From the NCBI GenBank assembly GCA_964016885.1, contig OZ024762.1, positions 8,122,001 through 8,186,000 on the forward strand: 64,000 bases of DNA. The letters run 5' to 3'. The position numbers and the translations under genes are program-made. The notes below the pieces were generated by a model that was not told where the DNA came from, did not search any database, and saw only the letters and a program-made list of their open reading frames with translations. Source of the DNA: Eledone cirrhosa. Its lineage: Eukaryota. Shown here one piece after another: positions 24,473 to 37,650 of this stretch; position 1 is the first letter of the stretch; every line of letters starts with the position of its first letter.

Positions 24473-26475
24473 CGTAGTCAAGAAAGGGTTAATATATATT
24501 GTGTGGGGAAAACAGTTACTATCTGGTAAACTGTAACAAATCATAGAAAATCTGACCTTTTTTTCATCAATGACTGTAAAACAGAAGCCGGGAAGGATTA
24601 TGAACTTATCACCATGGTGATGCATAATCTAATCCTTTGTGGAATTTATGGGGAAATAAATGGTTTTTCCTGCCTATGTGGAGTTGTTCTGCTTCTGTTA
24701 GCAACATGTTCTGGCTGGGGATAGTTTAGAAAGATGAAAGACAATAGTTTTACCATAAAAACATTGCATCTGTGACAATATGGTTGTCAATGGCTGAAGA
24801 AGGTTATTGGAGATTTCAGAATTATGGCTAGAGTTTAATGGTGAGAGGTGGGTGGTGGGTAGTGGATAGATTATGGGTATATTGTGGTGAGCATATTGGG
24901 TTAAACATAAGCAACATCTTTCATTAGCATTTACATTACTCTATATCTACTATCATATTTTCACAGTAAAGACTTTATTTCACATAATTATCTCACATAA
25001 TATCAAATCTATAAGATTTTGATATTATTTATTTTGATAACAATACCTTAACATAAGTATGAGTGGCTAGTTGCAGCCAGTTTGAACATAAAGAGGAGGT
25101 GAGAGAATTTTGGCCGGATACGGCCGGTTTAAATACTAAAGGGTTAAACATTGGCAGTGTCTTTCATTAGAAATATGGTAATGAAAGGGTTAAACATAGG
25201 CAGTATTCTATGAGACAAAACCACACATGATGATGATGATGATGTAGTGAGAGAGGTATGAGAGAATTAAGGTGGTAATGTAAAAGGTGTTCACTACATC
25301 CTGGAGAGAAGAAGAAAAATTAATGTTTTGATAGAAAAGAATATAGAATACAATCAAATAAACACACCACCAACACTAATGACCATACCTCTACCACCAT
25401 CACTACTAACCATACCATCACCATCACCAACACTACTGACCTGGGGTGTTAGAAAGATATTATAGAAAAGAAGGTTTTATAGTGAAGGGTGGGGATAAGC
25501 TCAAAGTGCCAGATTGTGGTTTGTAGTTATCTAGATGTTATCCAATTATAGAAGATGTACTCAAATACATGCGGGCAGTGGTTTCAAAAGTTGGAACTCA
25601 TATTTAGGTATGTTTCGCCATCGTTCATTTTTGCATAATATACACGACTTGTTACCACTGAGGTAAGGATTTGATCTTTCCAACCCTTTAGCATTTACAT
25701 TCCCACGGGTACAAGCCGAAGCTAAAGCATATAGACAGTATGCCCCCCCCCCCCCTTCCACTGTAGAGTGATCACGAAGGTGTCATGACTAAAAAAAAAA
25801 ACAGTACTCACTCTAAAGTGGTCTTGTAGGTGTCACGACAAAAAAGCACCCAGTACTCATTGTAAATGAGGTTGGTGTTAGGAAGGGCATCCAGCTGTAG
25901 AAACCAAGCCAGAATCAGTTCTGTATGAGCAAGACATGGTCACCTGACCTGGCATTGCCCACCACAGGACAACGCGTCTAACCCATGCTAGTGTGGAAGA
26001 ATGGGCATAAAATGGTGATGATGATTATGATAATGATTACTCTATATTTACTATTGTATTTTTGTGGTAAAGGCTTTATTTTACATAGTTATCTCACATA
26101 ATATAAAATCTACAAGATTTTGATGTTATTTATTTTTCGAACAATACCTTAATGTCAGTATGAGCAGCTGGTTATGGCCGATTTAAACAGAAAGTGGTGA
26201 GAGAATTCTGGCCAGATATGGCCGGTTTAAATGCTAAAAGGGTTAAGTTGCACTGGATTAACTATAAGTAAAAATGCATCATTAATATACTGTACACAAC
26301 TGTGATGAGTGTGACCATGAATATGAAAATAATGTAATTGGAGAGAGTTGTGATGTGAAATACGCCAAACAAGTATCGGCAATGTGCACAGTTATACGGT
26401 AGGTAGCGACATGCCTGTAGATATATTACCTATGTTAATGTATAGTAAACTGATTGCATTAAGCTAGTCTGTTAA

Positions 26476-26906
26476 CTCTTTAGCATTTAAACCGGCCGTA
26501 TCCGGCCAGAATTCTCTCACCTCTTTCTCTTCAAGCCAGCCAAAACTGGCCACTCATACTGACATTAAGGTATTGTTCTCAAAATAAATAATATCAAAAT
26601 CTCATATATTCAATATTATGTGAGATAATTATGTAAGATAAAGCCTTTACTGTGAAAATACAATAGTTTATATAGAGCAACGTAAATGCTAATCATTTAA
26701 ACCAGCCATATCCAGCCAGAATTCTCTCACCTCTTTCTGTTCAAACCAGCTGCAACTGGCCACTCATACTAATGTTATGGTATTGTTCTCAAAATAAATA
26801 ATATCAAAATCTCATAGATTCGATATTATGTGAAATAACTATGTAAGATAAAGCCTTTACTGTGAAAATACAATAGTTTATAGAGAGTAATGTAAATGCT
26901 AAATGG
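26476..26906 (+). mobile_element. piggyBac-type MITE tandem dimer
   Basis: Two head-to-tail copies bounded by TTAA; further minus-strand copies at ~24925-25143 and ~26040-26242. Confidence 0.8.
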
Positions 26907-27680
26907 TTAAGTTTGATGAATCTGAGTAAGAGAGCGGGTGTAAATATTTATAAGAGCTATGTAGCCTTGTTTATAGATTTTGTTATTTACTAAGACGTTT
27001 GTTTTGATACATAGAATCAGTAATGCTACTTTAATTCACTGTGTTTTGTTTATACTGGATTTGAGATTCTGCTACTTTGGGTTCTGGCTTCAATTTCAAG
27101 TCCCTCAAAAGTAGTATACATGTAATAGTCGACCCCATAAATTGAACCTTAAAAAATGGTGAAAATAATTAGACTTTTACACAAGTATATACAGTATATA
27201 TAATATATCATCATCACCATTTTACGTCCGTTCTTCCACGCTAGCATGGGTTAGACGGGTTGTCCTGTTGTGGGCAGTGTCCAGTTCGCTGACCTTGTCT
27301 TGCTCATACTGGGACTGATTCTGGCTTGATTTCTACAGCTGGATGCCCTTCCTAACACCAACCATATTTACAGTGAGTGGTGGGTGCTTTTTTGCCATGG
27401 CACCTCCACGACCACTTTGCAGTGTGAGTGTGGGGAGGGGGGGGGGGGGGGTTATATATATATGAAAAATATGGGGAGAAGAATACTGCATGGTTGCACA
27501 TGGATTACATGTTATAAAATGAGTCCCTCATCGGTGATTTGCCAACGATCATTGGTATTTCATTGCATTAAAAATCATATACCTCACGTTGGTGCGACAA
27601 TAACTAAAATAAGTTATTAGGACAATTGAAACGCGTAAAGCAAGTGAAACAAGTAAACAACACAGGGGAAAGCTAACCGA

Positions 27681-27743
<63 letters not shown>

Positions 27744-27998
27744 TAAATTTGGTGGTTTACCACTGGGTAGAATTGGTCATTCTGCAATGTTAACCATGAC
27801 ATAATGAGAAAAGCACTCAACGTTAAGCAACTCATCCATCTTCAATCTTGAATCCTGTTGTGTGCAGGAATGGAGTAAATGTATTATAAAGTGAAATGAC
27901 AGGAGGCTAACATATTTGGCCTCCTGCCATTTCACTTTATAATATATATACACATATATATATATATAAAGAAAATTTCGCTCTACATGGCTGAATAC

Positions 27999-28247
27999 AA
28001 TAAATGTAATCTGAGTTTTTCGAATATTAATAATAACATTTGATTCGTTTGCAATTATACAAACAAGCCTCATTTTTATAGCCATGCCAGAAACATTAGT
28101 GTATTCAGTTCTGTTCGCATGCCAACACAAGAGCAAGAATGAAGTGTTCATTCTACTGACATGGCTATAAAATTGAGGCTTGTTTGCAAAATTACAAATG
28201 AATTGAATGTTATTATTAATATTTGAAAAACTCAGACTACATTTATT
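27999..28247. repeat. inverted repeat, 92-bp arms, 65-bp spacer
   Basis: 27999-28090 versus 28156-28247, within TA-flanked sequence. Confidence 0.85.
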
Positions 28248-28750
28248 ATATATATAAATATACATATATATATATATATACTGTTATACTTTGGGAGGGT
28301 CATGTTGCCAATAAGAGAAACACACGCACCAGTTGCTTTCACTCCAATTTATAAAGAATCTTGCTAAACAAATTCAGAAACGAAATATATATATATATAT
28401 ACCTTCTCGGCCCACATACCACATCAAAAAATATATCTTTTGTCACAACACCAATTTGAGGAGCAGATCAATACTGGAGTCAGGTCCATAACTCCGATGG
28501 GTTACCTTGAGCCAATCCTCTGCGAAACGCGTGTAACAGGTCAATAAATAATAAATATTTTACATATGTAAACAAAACTTCCTCGTTTTTTATATTATAT
28601 ACACTCTGCCTGTGCATAGAATGCTTTGGTAGCAACACCAATATTTCACCATACTACCTACACTATATATATATATATCTTTTACTCTTTTACCTGTACC
28701 AGCCATCCGGCTGAGACCATGCTGGGGCACCGCCCTTGTTGCTACACATT

Positions 28751-29130
28751 TTATCTCCAGCCTGTATTGGTTGGCCACTGGTGCAAGAAGGAGTTCGTTG
28801 CTGCTGCCCTTAGGTTTCCCTCGTGCCTTGCCGTGGGCTTATCCGGGATCCTGGATAGCAGGGTGTCGAGATGTTTCTTGAAGACATCCACCTCCACACC
28901 ATGCATATCTCTCAGATCCCTCCATTGAGGGCCCTTGAACCTCAGGCTATTGCAATATCTGCTCCTTATTCTAGATGTGGAAGACGGGACCTTTGGCACC
29001 ACACAGTGACGTCCTGTTCGACGGTTGGTCCAGCTCCCAATGCCAAAGTTTGGTGCTAGTTCCTCCAGGATTTTCCACATGTAGATCACTGTGTATCTCT
29101 CCCGTCTTCGTTCCAAGGAGTAGAGGTTCA
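28751..29130 (-). mobile_element. CR1-group LINE ORF2 C-terminal fragment
   Basis: LYSLERRRERYTVIYMWKILE..PN...VFKKHLDTLLSRIPD.P motifs. Confidence 0.75.
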
Positions 29131-29152
29131 GTTCTTTTATATATATATATAT

Positions 29153-29332
29153 ATAGGAAAATGTATGACCCCGACGGCAGAGCTCAAGCCGTTTCGACGG
29201 CTATTTTAGCCGTCGAAACGGCTTGAGCGCTGCCGTCGGGGTCATACATTTTCCTATTACCCACTCTACTACCCTAAGTATTGAGTACTCTGGTGCGTTA
29301 TGGTCCATCTGGTTCCTTACCACAACTCCTTC

Positions 29333-29335
<3 letters not shown>
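29153..29335 (+). mobile_element. TA-embedded fold-back element (51-bp arms plus ~80-bp tail)
   Basis: 29153-29203 versus 29207-29257 inverted, 1 mismatch; (TA)n on both sides; homologues at 57056-57253, 58015-58228, 5989-6049 and 6621-6730. Confidence 0.75.
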
Positions 29336-29827
<492 letters not shown>

Positions 29828-30145
29828 AACTAGAAAGAAGTTAATTTCTTAGATTTATTACTGCCAGATATCACATTCTTTTCATAAAATTTAATTTCAA
29901 TAATCATCTGAAACTATTTAGTAGATTAATTTCCTGTTAAGGAGGTGTTTAAGTCGTTAGTGGAGCTGCCATTAAAGAGAACATAGAGTTCGGAGTTGAA
30001 ATTTGAGAAAAATATGAAATAAAGAAGAAATGTTGACTTTCTAAACCCGTGGGGAATTATAGCAGATATTTTACAGTATGTATTTAAAGGTGGGTAGCAA
30101 ATACCAAGATTCTAGCGTGGTAAAAATGTTGATGTTAGAATTTAA

Positions 30146-30799
30146 CACTTTAGCATTTAAACCAGCTGTATCCGACCACAAATCTCTCACCTCTTTCTGT
30201 TTAAACTTGCAGTAACCGGCCACTCATACTGATGTTGTGGTATTGTTTTCAAAATAAATAATATCAAAATCTCATGGATTCGATATTATGTGAGGTAATT
30301 ATGTGAGGTATGCCTTTACCACAAAAATATAATAGTAAATATAGAGTAATGTAAATGCTAAAGGGTTAAACCAGCTGTATCCGGCCAGAATTCTCTTACC
30401 TCTTTCTGTTTACACCGGCTGTAACCAGCTGTTCATACTGACGTTAAGATATTGTCCTCAAAATAAATAATATCAAAATCTCGTAGATTCAATATTATGT
30501 GATATAATTATGTAAGATAAAGCTTTTACCACAAAAATATAATAGAAAATATAGAGTGATGTAAATGCTAACAGGTTAACCCTTTAATGTTCAAACTGGC
30601 CAAAACCGGCCAGAATTCTCTACTTCTTTCTGTTGAAACTGGCTGTAACTGCTCGCTCAAACTGATGTTAAAGTATTGTTCTCAAAATAAATACTTTCAA
30701 AATCTCATAGATTCGATATTATGTGAGATAATTATGCGAGGTAAAGCCTTTACCATGATAATATAATAGTATATATAGAGTAATGTGAATGCTAAAGGG
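30146..30799 (+). mobile_element. piggyBac-type MITE tandem trimer
   Basis: Three head-to-tail copies joined at TTAA. Confidence 0.82.
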
Positions 30800-31074
30800 T
30801 TAAACCATACTGAAGTGGGTAAATAGTGGAATTCTAGTGTGGAAAAAATGTTGGTGTCAAAATTTAAACCATACTGGAAGGGAAAATAGTGAAATTCTGT
30901 GGAAAAACTGTTGATGTGGAAATTTAAACCATATTGAAGAAGCAATAGAAAGAGAGAAAGAGTTTACAGCCATTATTAGCAATTGAGTATAACTTGGAAG
31001 ACCAAACCATGCTTTTTCACTAATGATTTTAGTTGACCATGGAGTTATGAGCAGTCACAGATCAGTGATTGTAC

Positions 31075-31445
31075 GTGTGGCAGTGGTGGTGGTAGTGGTG
31101 GTGGTGGTGGTGGTGGTAGCAGCAGTAGTGGTGTTAGCTATAGTAGCAATGGTGTTGGCAGTAGTATCAGTAGTGGTAGTGGTGTTGGTTATAGTAACTG
31201 TAGTAGTGGTGGTGTTGGCAGTAGTAGCAGTAGTGGTAGTGGTGTTGGTTATAGTAACAGTAGCAGTGGTGGTGTTGGCAATGATGATAGTGGTGTTAGC
31301 TATAGTAGCAGTAGTGGCAGTGGTGTTGGTTATAGTAACAGTAGTAGTAGTAGTGTTAGCTATAGTAGCAGTAGTAGTAGTGTTAGCTATAGTAGCAGTA
31401 GTGGTAGTGGTGTTAGTTATAGTAACAGTAGTAGTGGTGTTGATG
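31075..31445. repeat. (GTA/GTG/GCA)n degenerate trinucleotide repeat
   Basis: Direct reading of the sequence. Confidence 0.9.
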
Positions 31446-31600
31446 TGTAATTTAAGGCCTGTCATAAAAGTTCAATGACATACAGTACAACAATCTTTGA
31501 ATCTCATTGGAAATCCTGCTTAGAACATCTCAATGAGGATTTAAACACTGACTATATAAATGATATTAATAAATGGAAACTATATTTATAAAACCATATT

Positions 31601-31661
31601 TATTCTATTATATATATTTCAAGGGTATCAAAACTTTGGTATGCTCTCATCAGATAAAATA
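31601..31661 (-). ncRNA. type I hammerhead ribozyme motif
   Basis: Minus strand: tattttat CTGATGA gagcataccaaagttttgataccctt GAAA tatata TA atagaata. Confidence 0.65.
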
Positions 31662-31735
31662 CAAAGTTTGTTTTATAAATATTGACATATCCAGGAATGA
31701 GACCTTAACGGTTCAAGTTTTACCTGGATAGTTTG

Positions 31736-31796
31736 TATTTTATCTGATGAGAGCGTGCCAAAGTTTTGGTACCCTTGAAATATATATAATAGAATA
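31736..31796 (+). ncRNA. type I hammerhead ribozyme motif
   Basis: Stem I tattttat/atagaata (8 bp), CTGATGA 31744-50, 11-bp stem II with one mismatch, GAAA 31777-80, 2-bp stem III with palindromic ATAT loop, cleavage triplet AUA. Confidence 0.75.
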
Positions 31797-32594
31797 AATA
31801 TGGTTTTATAAATATAGTTTCCATTTATTAATATCATTGATATTATACTCCAGAAAACTTGTCGAGTGCTTCGAATCTGTTATAAATATATATGTTGAAT
31901 TACCAACAAATTAAATAGTCCTTCATCAGAAGAGAGAATGAGAAATAAAAGATGAAATAGAAAGATAGAGAGTGAGAAAAGAAAGAAACGGAAAATAATT
32001 TGTTGAGAAAAAACACGTGTGTATTCATTCAGTCAGCTATTTTAACATTGTAAAGAGGTTTTCTTCTTATCATGTCCAACTGTATAAAGCTAACCAAATA
32101 TATATGTAAAGCAGAGTGACTTACCATAGCTAAAACAGTGGAATATTTTTACAGTGAGCTAACTTGTTAAGTGTTATTTTTAGGTAAGGAGATTATTAAA
32201 AAATGATTTTTTATTTGTCTTTCTTCAGTAAATGTAGTGTATTGGGGGAGGTCTGGGTAGGGGAATTTTTTTTTTTTTTTTTTCGTTTATATTCCTACAT
32301 TTGTTGTGCAGCAGAATGAGGCCTGCAAGAGAAACAAACAAAACAAAACAACCATTACACACACACACACACACACACAGAGAGAAGATAGGAAGGAAAG
32401 GAAGGCAGAGATTACACACACACACACATACATATATACACACACACACACACATACATATATACACACACTCACACACATTTATATACACACAAACATG
32501 CAGGCATAGAAAAAAAAATGGGGGTAAAACGAGGGTGACAAAGATGATGATAACACATCATTAACATTTTATGCCCATTTTCCAAACTGGCATG

Positions 32595-33125
32595 GGCTGG
32601 ACAGGTGGTCATGATGTGACACTGGACATGGCTGGACAGGTGGTCATGATGTGACACTGGACAGAGCTGGACAGATTGTCATGATAAGGGCTGGAGAGGG
32701 ATGGACAGGTGGTCATGATGTGACACTGGACAGAGCTGGACAGATTGTCATGATCTGACTCTGGACAGAGCTGGACAGGTTGTCATGATAAGGGCTGGAG
32801 AGGGATGGACAGGTTGCCATGATGTGACACTGGACAGGGATGGACAGATTGTCATGATCTAACTCTGGACAGAGCTGGACAGGTTGTCATGATCTAACTC
32901 TGGACAGAGCTGGACAGGTTGTCATGATAAGGGCTGGACAGGGATGGACAGGTGGTCATGATGTGACACTGGACAGAGCTGGACAGATTGTCATGATCTA
33001 ACTCTGGACAGAGCTGGACAGGTTGTCATGATAAGGGCTGGACAGGGATGGACAGGTTGTGATGATCTGACATTGGACAGGACTGGACAGGTGGTCTTGA
33101 TCTGACACTGGACTGAGCCAGACAG
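32595..33125. repeat. 34-35-bp minisatellite, ~15 copies, expanded inside a family-C SINE
   Basis: Unit CTGGACAGAGCTGGACAGGTTGTCATGATCTAACT, period 35 (32881 to 32916). Confidence 0.9.
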
Positions 33126-33349
33126 GGCTGAAAATCATGTCTTGCTCATACCTACATTTTGGCATGGTTTCTATAACTGAATGCCCTTCCTAGTGCCAGA
33201 GTGAACTGGGTGTATTTTATTATGACACCAGACTGCCACTCCACAGTATGGGCTGGGTGTACTTTACTGACACCAGAACTACTACTTCACAGTATGGGTT
33301 GGGTGTATTTTATTGACACCAGTACTACCACTTTACAGACTGTACTGCA

Positions 33350-33700
33350 CGAAGGCACATGGCTTAGCGGTTAGAGCGTTGGGTTTACAATCATGACGCT
33401 GTGAGTTCGATTCCCGGACTGAGATGTGTGTTGTGTCCTTGAGCAAGATACTTTATTTCATGTTGTTCCAGTTTACTCCAGTTCAGTCAGCTGTAGAAAT
33501 GAGTTGTGACGTCACTGGTGCCAAGCTGTATCGGCCCCTGCCTTTCCCTTGGACAACATCGGTGGCGTGGAGAGGGGAGACTAGTATGCCTGGGCGACTG
33601 CTGGTCTTCCACAAACAACCTTGCCCGGACTTAAGCCTCGAAGGGGAACTTTCTTGGTTCAAATCCCGTAGCCATTCATGACCAAAGGGAGTCTTTATTT
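33350..33700 (+). mobile_element. tRNA-derived SINE family B
   Basis: A-box TGGCTTAGCGG, B-box GAGTTCGATTCC, central TGTGTCCTTGAGCAAGA.ACTT (CORE/V-like). Minus-strand copies at 41300-42190 (split), 46515-46855, 50160-50305 and 62010-62152. Confidence 0.82.
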
Positions 33701-34209
33701 TACTGGGTGTATTTTATTGTGACACCAATACTACCACTTTACAACTTGAAATATATTCATATAAAATTTTATGAAAATGTTTACCTTCATCAGTACAAAC
33801 TATGAAACAATTAGCACCATAAAAACCAAATAAAACCATTTATTAAATATATATATATATATATAATGTGTTGTTATATCTCAAGAAAACGTGTTTTAAT
33901 ATAGTAAGATTTGTATATCTATATATATAGAGATAGGGGAGGGAGGGAGGGATGGTGAGATGGAGAGAGACTAGAGGGAGAGGGTGGAGATTAAGAAGGG
34001 ATAGAGCATGATGGAGATAGAGGACAAAAAGAGGGTGGGAGAGAGTGGGAGCGAGGGGACAGAGAGAGATGGAGAGGGGAGAGGGGCAAAGTACCTTTAT
34101 GAAATTTGTAAAGAAGCTTTACTATAGGTGTGGAGGGGGTGGAAGAAACAATAGTGTCTTAAATAAATATACAGAAAAGCAAGCTTAAATTATCTTCTTA
34201 ATTCAATCT

Positions 34210-35188
34210 TATGTGTGTGTGTGTGTGTGTGTGTATGTGTGTGTTTGTGTGTATGTGTATGTATGTGTGTTTGTGTGTATGTCTGTTTGTATGTATGTGT
34301 ATGTATTTGTGTGTTTGTATGTGTATGAATGTGAGTTTGTGTATGTGTGTGTGTGTTTGTATGTGTGTATGTATGCATGTGTGTGTATGTGTGTGTTGCC
34401 CCCTCCCCCTTCCTGACATGAAGCAGTAAATAAACTATTAGTATATTTGCAAATATTGCCCACTCACCACCCACAACACCACCACCGCCACCACCACAAA
34501 CCCACACCACCACCACCACCACCACCACCACCACCACAACCAACAGCAGCCACACTACCATCATGATCACCACTCCCTTCCACACCACCACCATCACCCT
34601 CCATACTTCCATCATGACCACCACCACCACCACCACTACCACTACCCACACTACCATCACCATCATCTGCACCACCACCACTACAACCACTACGATGACC
34701 ACCACCCACACCACCAACACTACAACCACTACCACCACCACTACAACCACTACGACCACCACTACCACTACAACCACTACGACCACCACTACCACTACAA
34801 CCACTACGACCACCACCACCATCCACACCACCACCACTACAACCACTACGACCACCACCACTACCACTACAACCACACCACCACCACTACAACCACTACC
34901 ACTACAACCACTACGACCACCACCACCAACACCACTACCACTACAACCACTACGACCACCACCACCAACACCACTACCACCACTACCACCCACACCACCA
35001 CCACCACTACCACCCACACCACCACCACTACAACCACTAGCACCACCACACAATATGCTATTCTTAACCAAGACCTACAGAACTGCTTGCTGTTAGTCAT
35101 CATAATAAATATAGTACATACACACACACACATATATATATATACATGTGTATATATATATACACACACACACACACACATATATATG

Positions 35189-35254
<66 letters not shown>

Positions 35255-36080
35255 CACACACATATATATGTGTGTATATATATATATATACATACACATA
35301 CCTATACACACACATACATACACATAATGCATACACACATAACGCATACATTCATACATACACATATAACACACACATACACAACCATACACATACCCCC
35401 ACACACACATACATAGGCACAACTTTTCTTATTTTCCTTTAAAAACAAGGAGGCCCATCTCTGTACCTTATCTTTAAATGAAAGGGGGAGGGGGGTCAGG
35501 GAAGTTGAAATGAGGGGGGGTATGAGGTATATTCACCTCATGTTTATGATGATGATGGAGATAATGATGAAGTTGGTGGTAGTGGTGTTGCTGATGATAG
35601 TGGTGGTGGTGGTGGTAGGGGATGGTGGTGGTGGTGTTGCTGATATTGGTGGTGGTGGTGGTGGTGTTTGTTACTGATGGTGGTGGTGATGGTGATAGTG
35701 GTGGTGTTTGTTGCTGATGATGGTGGTGGTGGTGGTGGTGTTGTTGTTGTTGGTGGTGGTGGGGTTGCTGATGATGGTGGTGGTGTTGTTGCTGATGGTG
35801 GTGGTGGTGTTGTTGCTGATGGTGGTGGTGGTGGGTGAGGGTAGGGGAAGATGGTGGTAGTGGTGATGGTAGGGGATGATGGTGGTAGTGGTGTTGCTTA
35901 TGATGGTGGTGGTGGTGGTGTTGTTGCTGATGATGCTTGTGGTGGTGTTGTTGCTGATGGTGGGGTGGTGGTGTTGCTGATGATGATGATGGTGGTGTTG
36001 CTGATGATGATGGTGGTGGTGGTGGTGTTGCTGATGATTGTGGTGGAGGTGGTGGTGGTAATGATGATGATAATGATGGC
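34210..36080. repeat. compound microsatellite block: (TG)n, (ACC/ACT)n, (TA)n/(CA)n, (TGG/TGA)n
   Basis: Direct reading of the sequence. Confidence 0.92.
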
Positions 36081-36485
36081 ACTCCCATCCTTTCTTACTA
36101 TCCACTCTCACTCCCACCATTTTTTATACTCCAACCATTTCTAGAATCCATAGTCCTTACTAGTATCTCTAGTCCCTACTAACACTTGATAGTATTGTTG
36201 GTCCTTACTAATACTTACTAGTATCTGTAGTCCCTACTAGTATTTGATAGTACTGTTGGTCCTTACAAGTACATAATAGAATCTACAGTTATCATTAACC
36301 TTCAGCATATTAAAAAATGTTTATGAATTGCTTCCCTTGACAGTGCATTGTGTATTAAGGGGAGATTATCGGTGACTTAATGCACCAGGAGCATCCAGAA
36401 GGTTAATAGTTGGTAGTAGTATTGGTCCTTAATATGCTAACCTTTACAATTTTCACACTGCGTTTCAAACTTTTCTCGCAATTTT

Positions 36486-36835
36486 TTAACCCTTTCATTG
36501 CCATATTTCTAATGTTTTCCCTCTATTTATCATATTTCTAATGAAAAACACTGTCAATGACATTAACCCTTTCATTACCATATTTCTAATGAAAGACACT
36601 GCCTATGTTTAACCCTTTCATTACCATATTTCTAATGAAGGACCTGTCTATGTTTAACCCTTTCGTTACCATATTTATAATGCAAGACACTACCTATGTT
36701 TTTACCCTTTCATTACCATATTTCTAGTGAAAGACATTGCCTATGTCATTAACCCTTTTATTACCATATTTCTTATGAAAGACACTGCCCATGTTTAACC
36801 TTTTCATTACCATATTTCTAGTGAAAGTCACTGAA
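36486..36835 (+). repeat. 46-bp MITE-terminus array, ~7 copies
   Basis: Same unit family as 15100-15604. Confidence 0.85.
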
Positions 36836-37489
36836 AATAACTCAGAATTTGGAAAGATTTGGTGCTGGGAACAAGACTGTAACTCATCCAATGTAACTAT
36901 CTAGTACTATCTCCAGGTTGTCTCCCCTTTCCCCCCACCCCATATTTAATTCCCTCCCTTTCTACAGTATGCAAATCTAATAGAATTCCTATTAATTATC
37001 TCCCTTGTTTGATTACTCTTCAATAAATGGTGCCATGTCACCCCCCCCCTCCTCCCTATTTTTTTATTTTTCATTATTTCTTTTTTCCTCCCCTACTTTA
37101 TTCTCTGCTTCTCTCCCTCTTTCTCTCACTCTCTTGCTCTCTCACCCACTCTCTCTCTCGGTCATTCTCCCTCACCCACGCACCCACTTTCACCCCCCCC
37201 CCCTCACACACACACTCTCTCTTTCCTTCATTCCCCCCTTCTCATACATTCTCTTTCCCCCGCAATCGCCCCCCCTCTCTCTCTCTCTCTCTCACAACTC
37301 CTGCTATCCCTCACTCTCTCCACACAATCTATTGATTCAGTACCAGCTGGAATCACCAATCACAGGAGTCTTCCTCTTCACTACATGTCAATGGTATGTT
37401 CCTCCTCATCACATGTCAAACCAATTTACTCCCCCTATAACCATCAACTGACAACCTAAATCCTCAACCTTACTTTCCTCAGCTCCATT

Positions 37490-37650
37490 TCTTCCTCTTC
37501 TCTTTATCTTTTATTTCTCCTTCTATCTTCTGATGAAGGACTAGTGTCCAAAACTTTAAGACTCTTTTCCTATTACTTCAAGTGTTAAACTAATATATTT
37601 CTTCAATGTACTGTGATGTTTGCTTTGTTATTTCTGTTTATTTTTTATAT
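37490..37650 (+). mobile_element. Penelope-like tail fragment with decayed minimal hammerhead
   Basis: tctt CTGATGA aggac-tagt-gtcc aAAAC ttt aaga; homologues at 38270-38450 (+), 63290-63420 (-) and 31915-31990 (-, truncated). Confidence 0.5.

Larger units (their letters stand above)
31560..31838. repeat. inverted repeat (~105-bp arms), Penelope-like pLTR remnant pair
   Basis: 31560-31665 versus 31732-31838, nearly identical, each carrying a hammerhead motif. Confidence 0.88.

Noticed and set aside
24520-24725. ~64-codon open frame in unique sequence; likewise 26290-26398 and 51900-52027 (minus)
   Set aside because: None has a matching acceptor/donor pair or recognisable motif, and the lengths are compatible with chance.
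33350-33425. tRNA gene (also 42120-42190, 46785-46850, 51855-51915, 57825-57885)
   Set aside because: These have A/B boxes but no complete cloverleaf, and most continue into SINE bodies, so they are SINE heads or relics.
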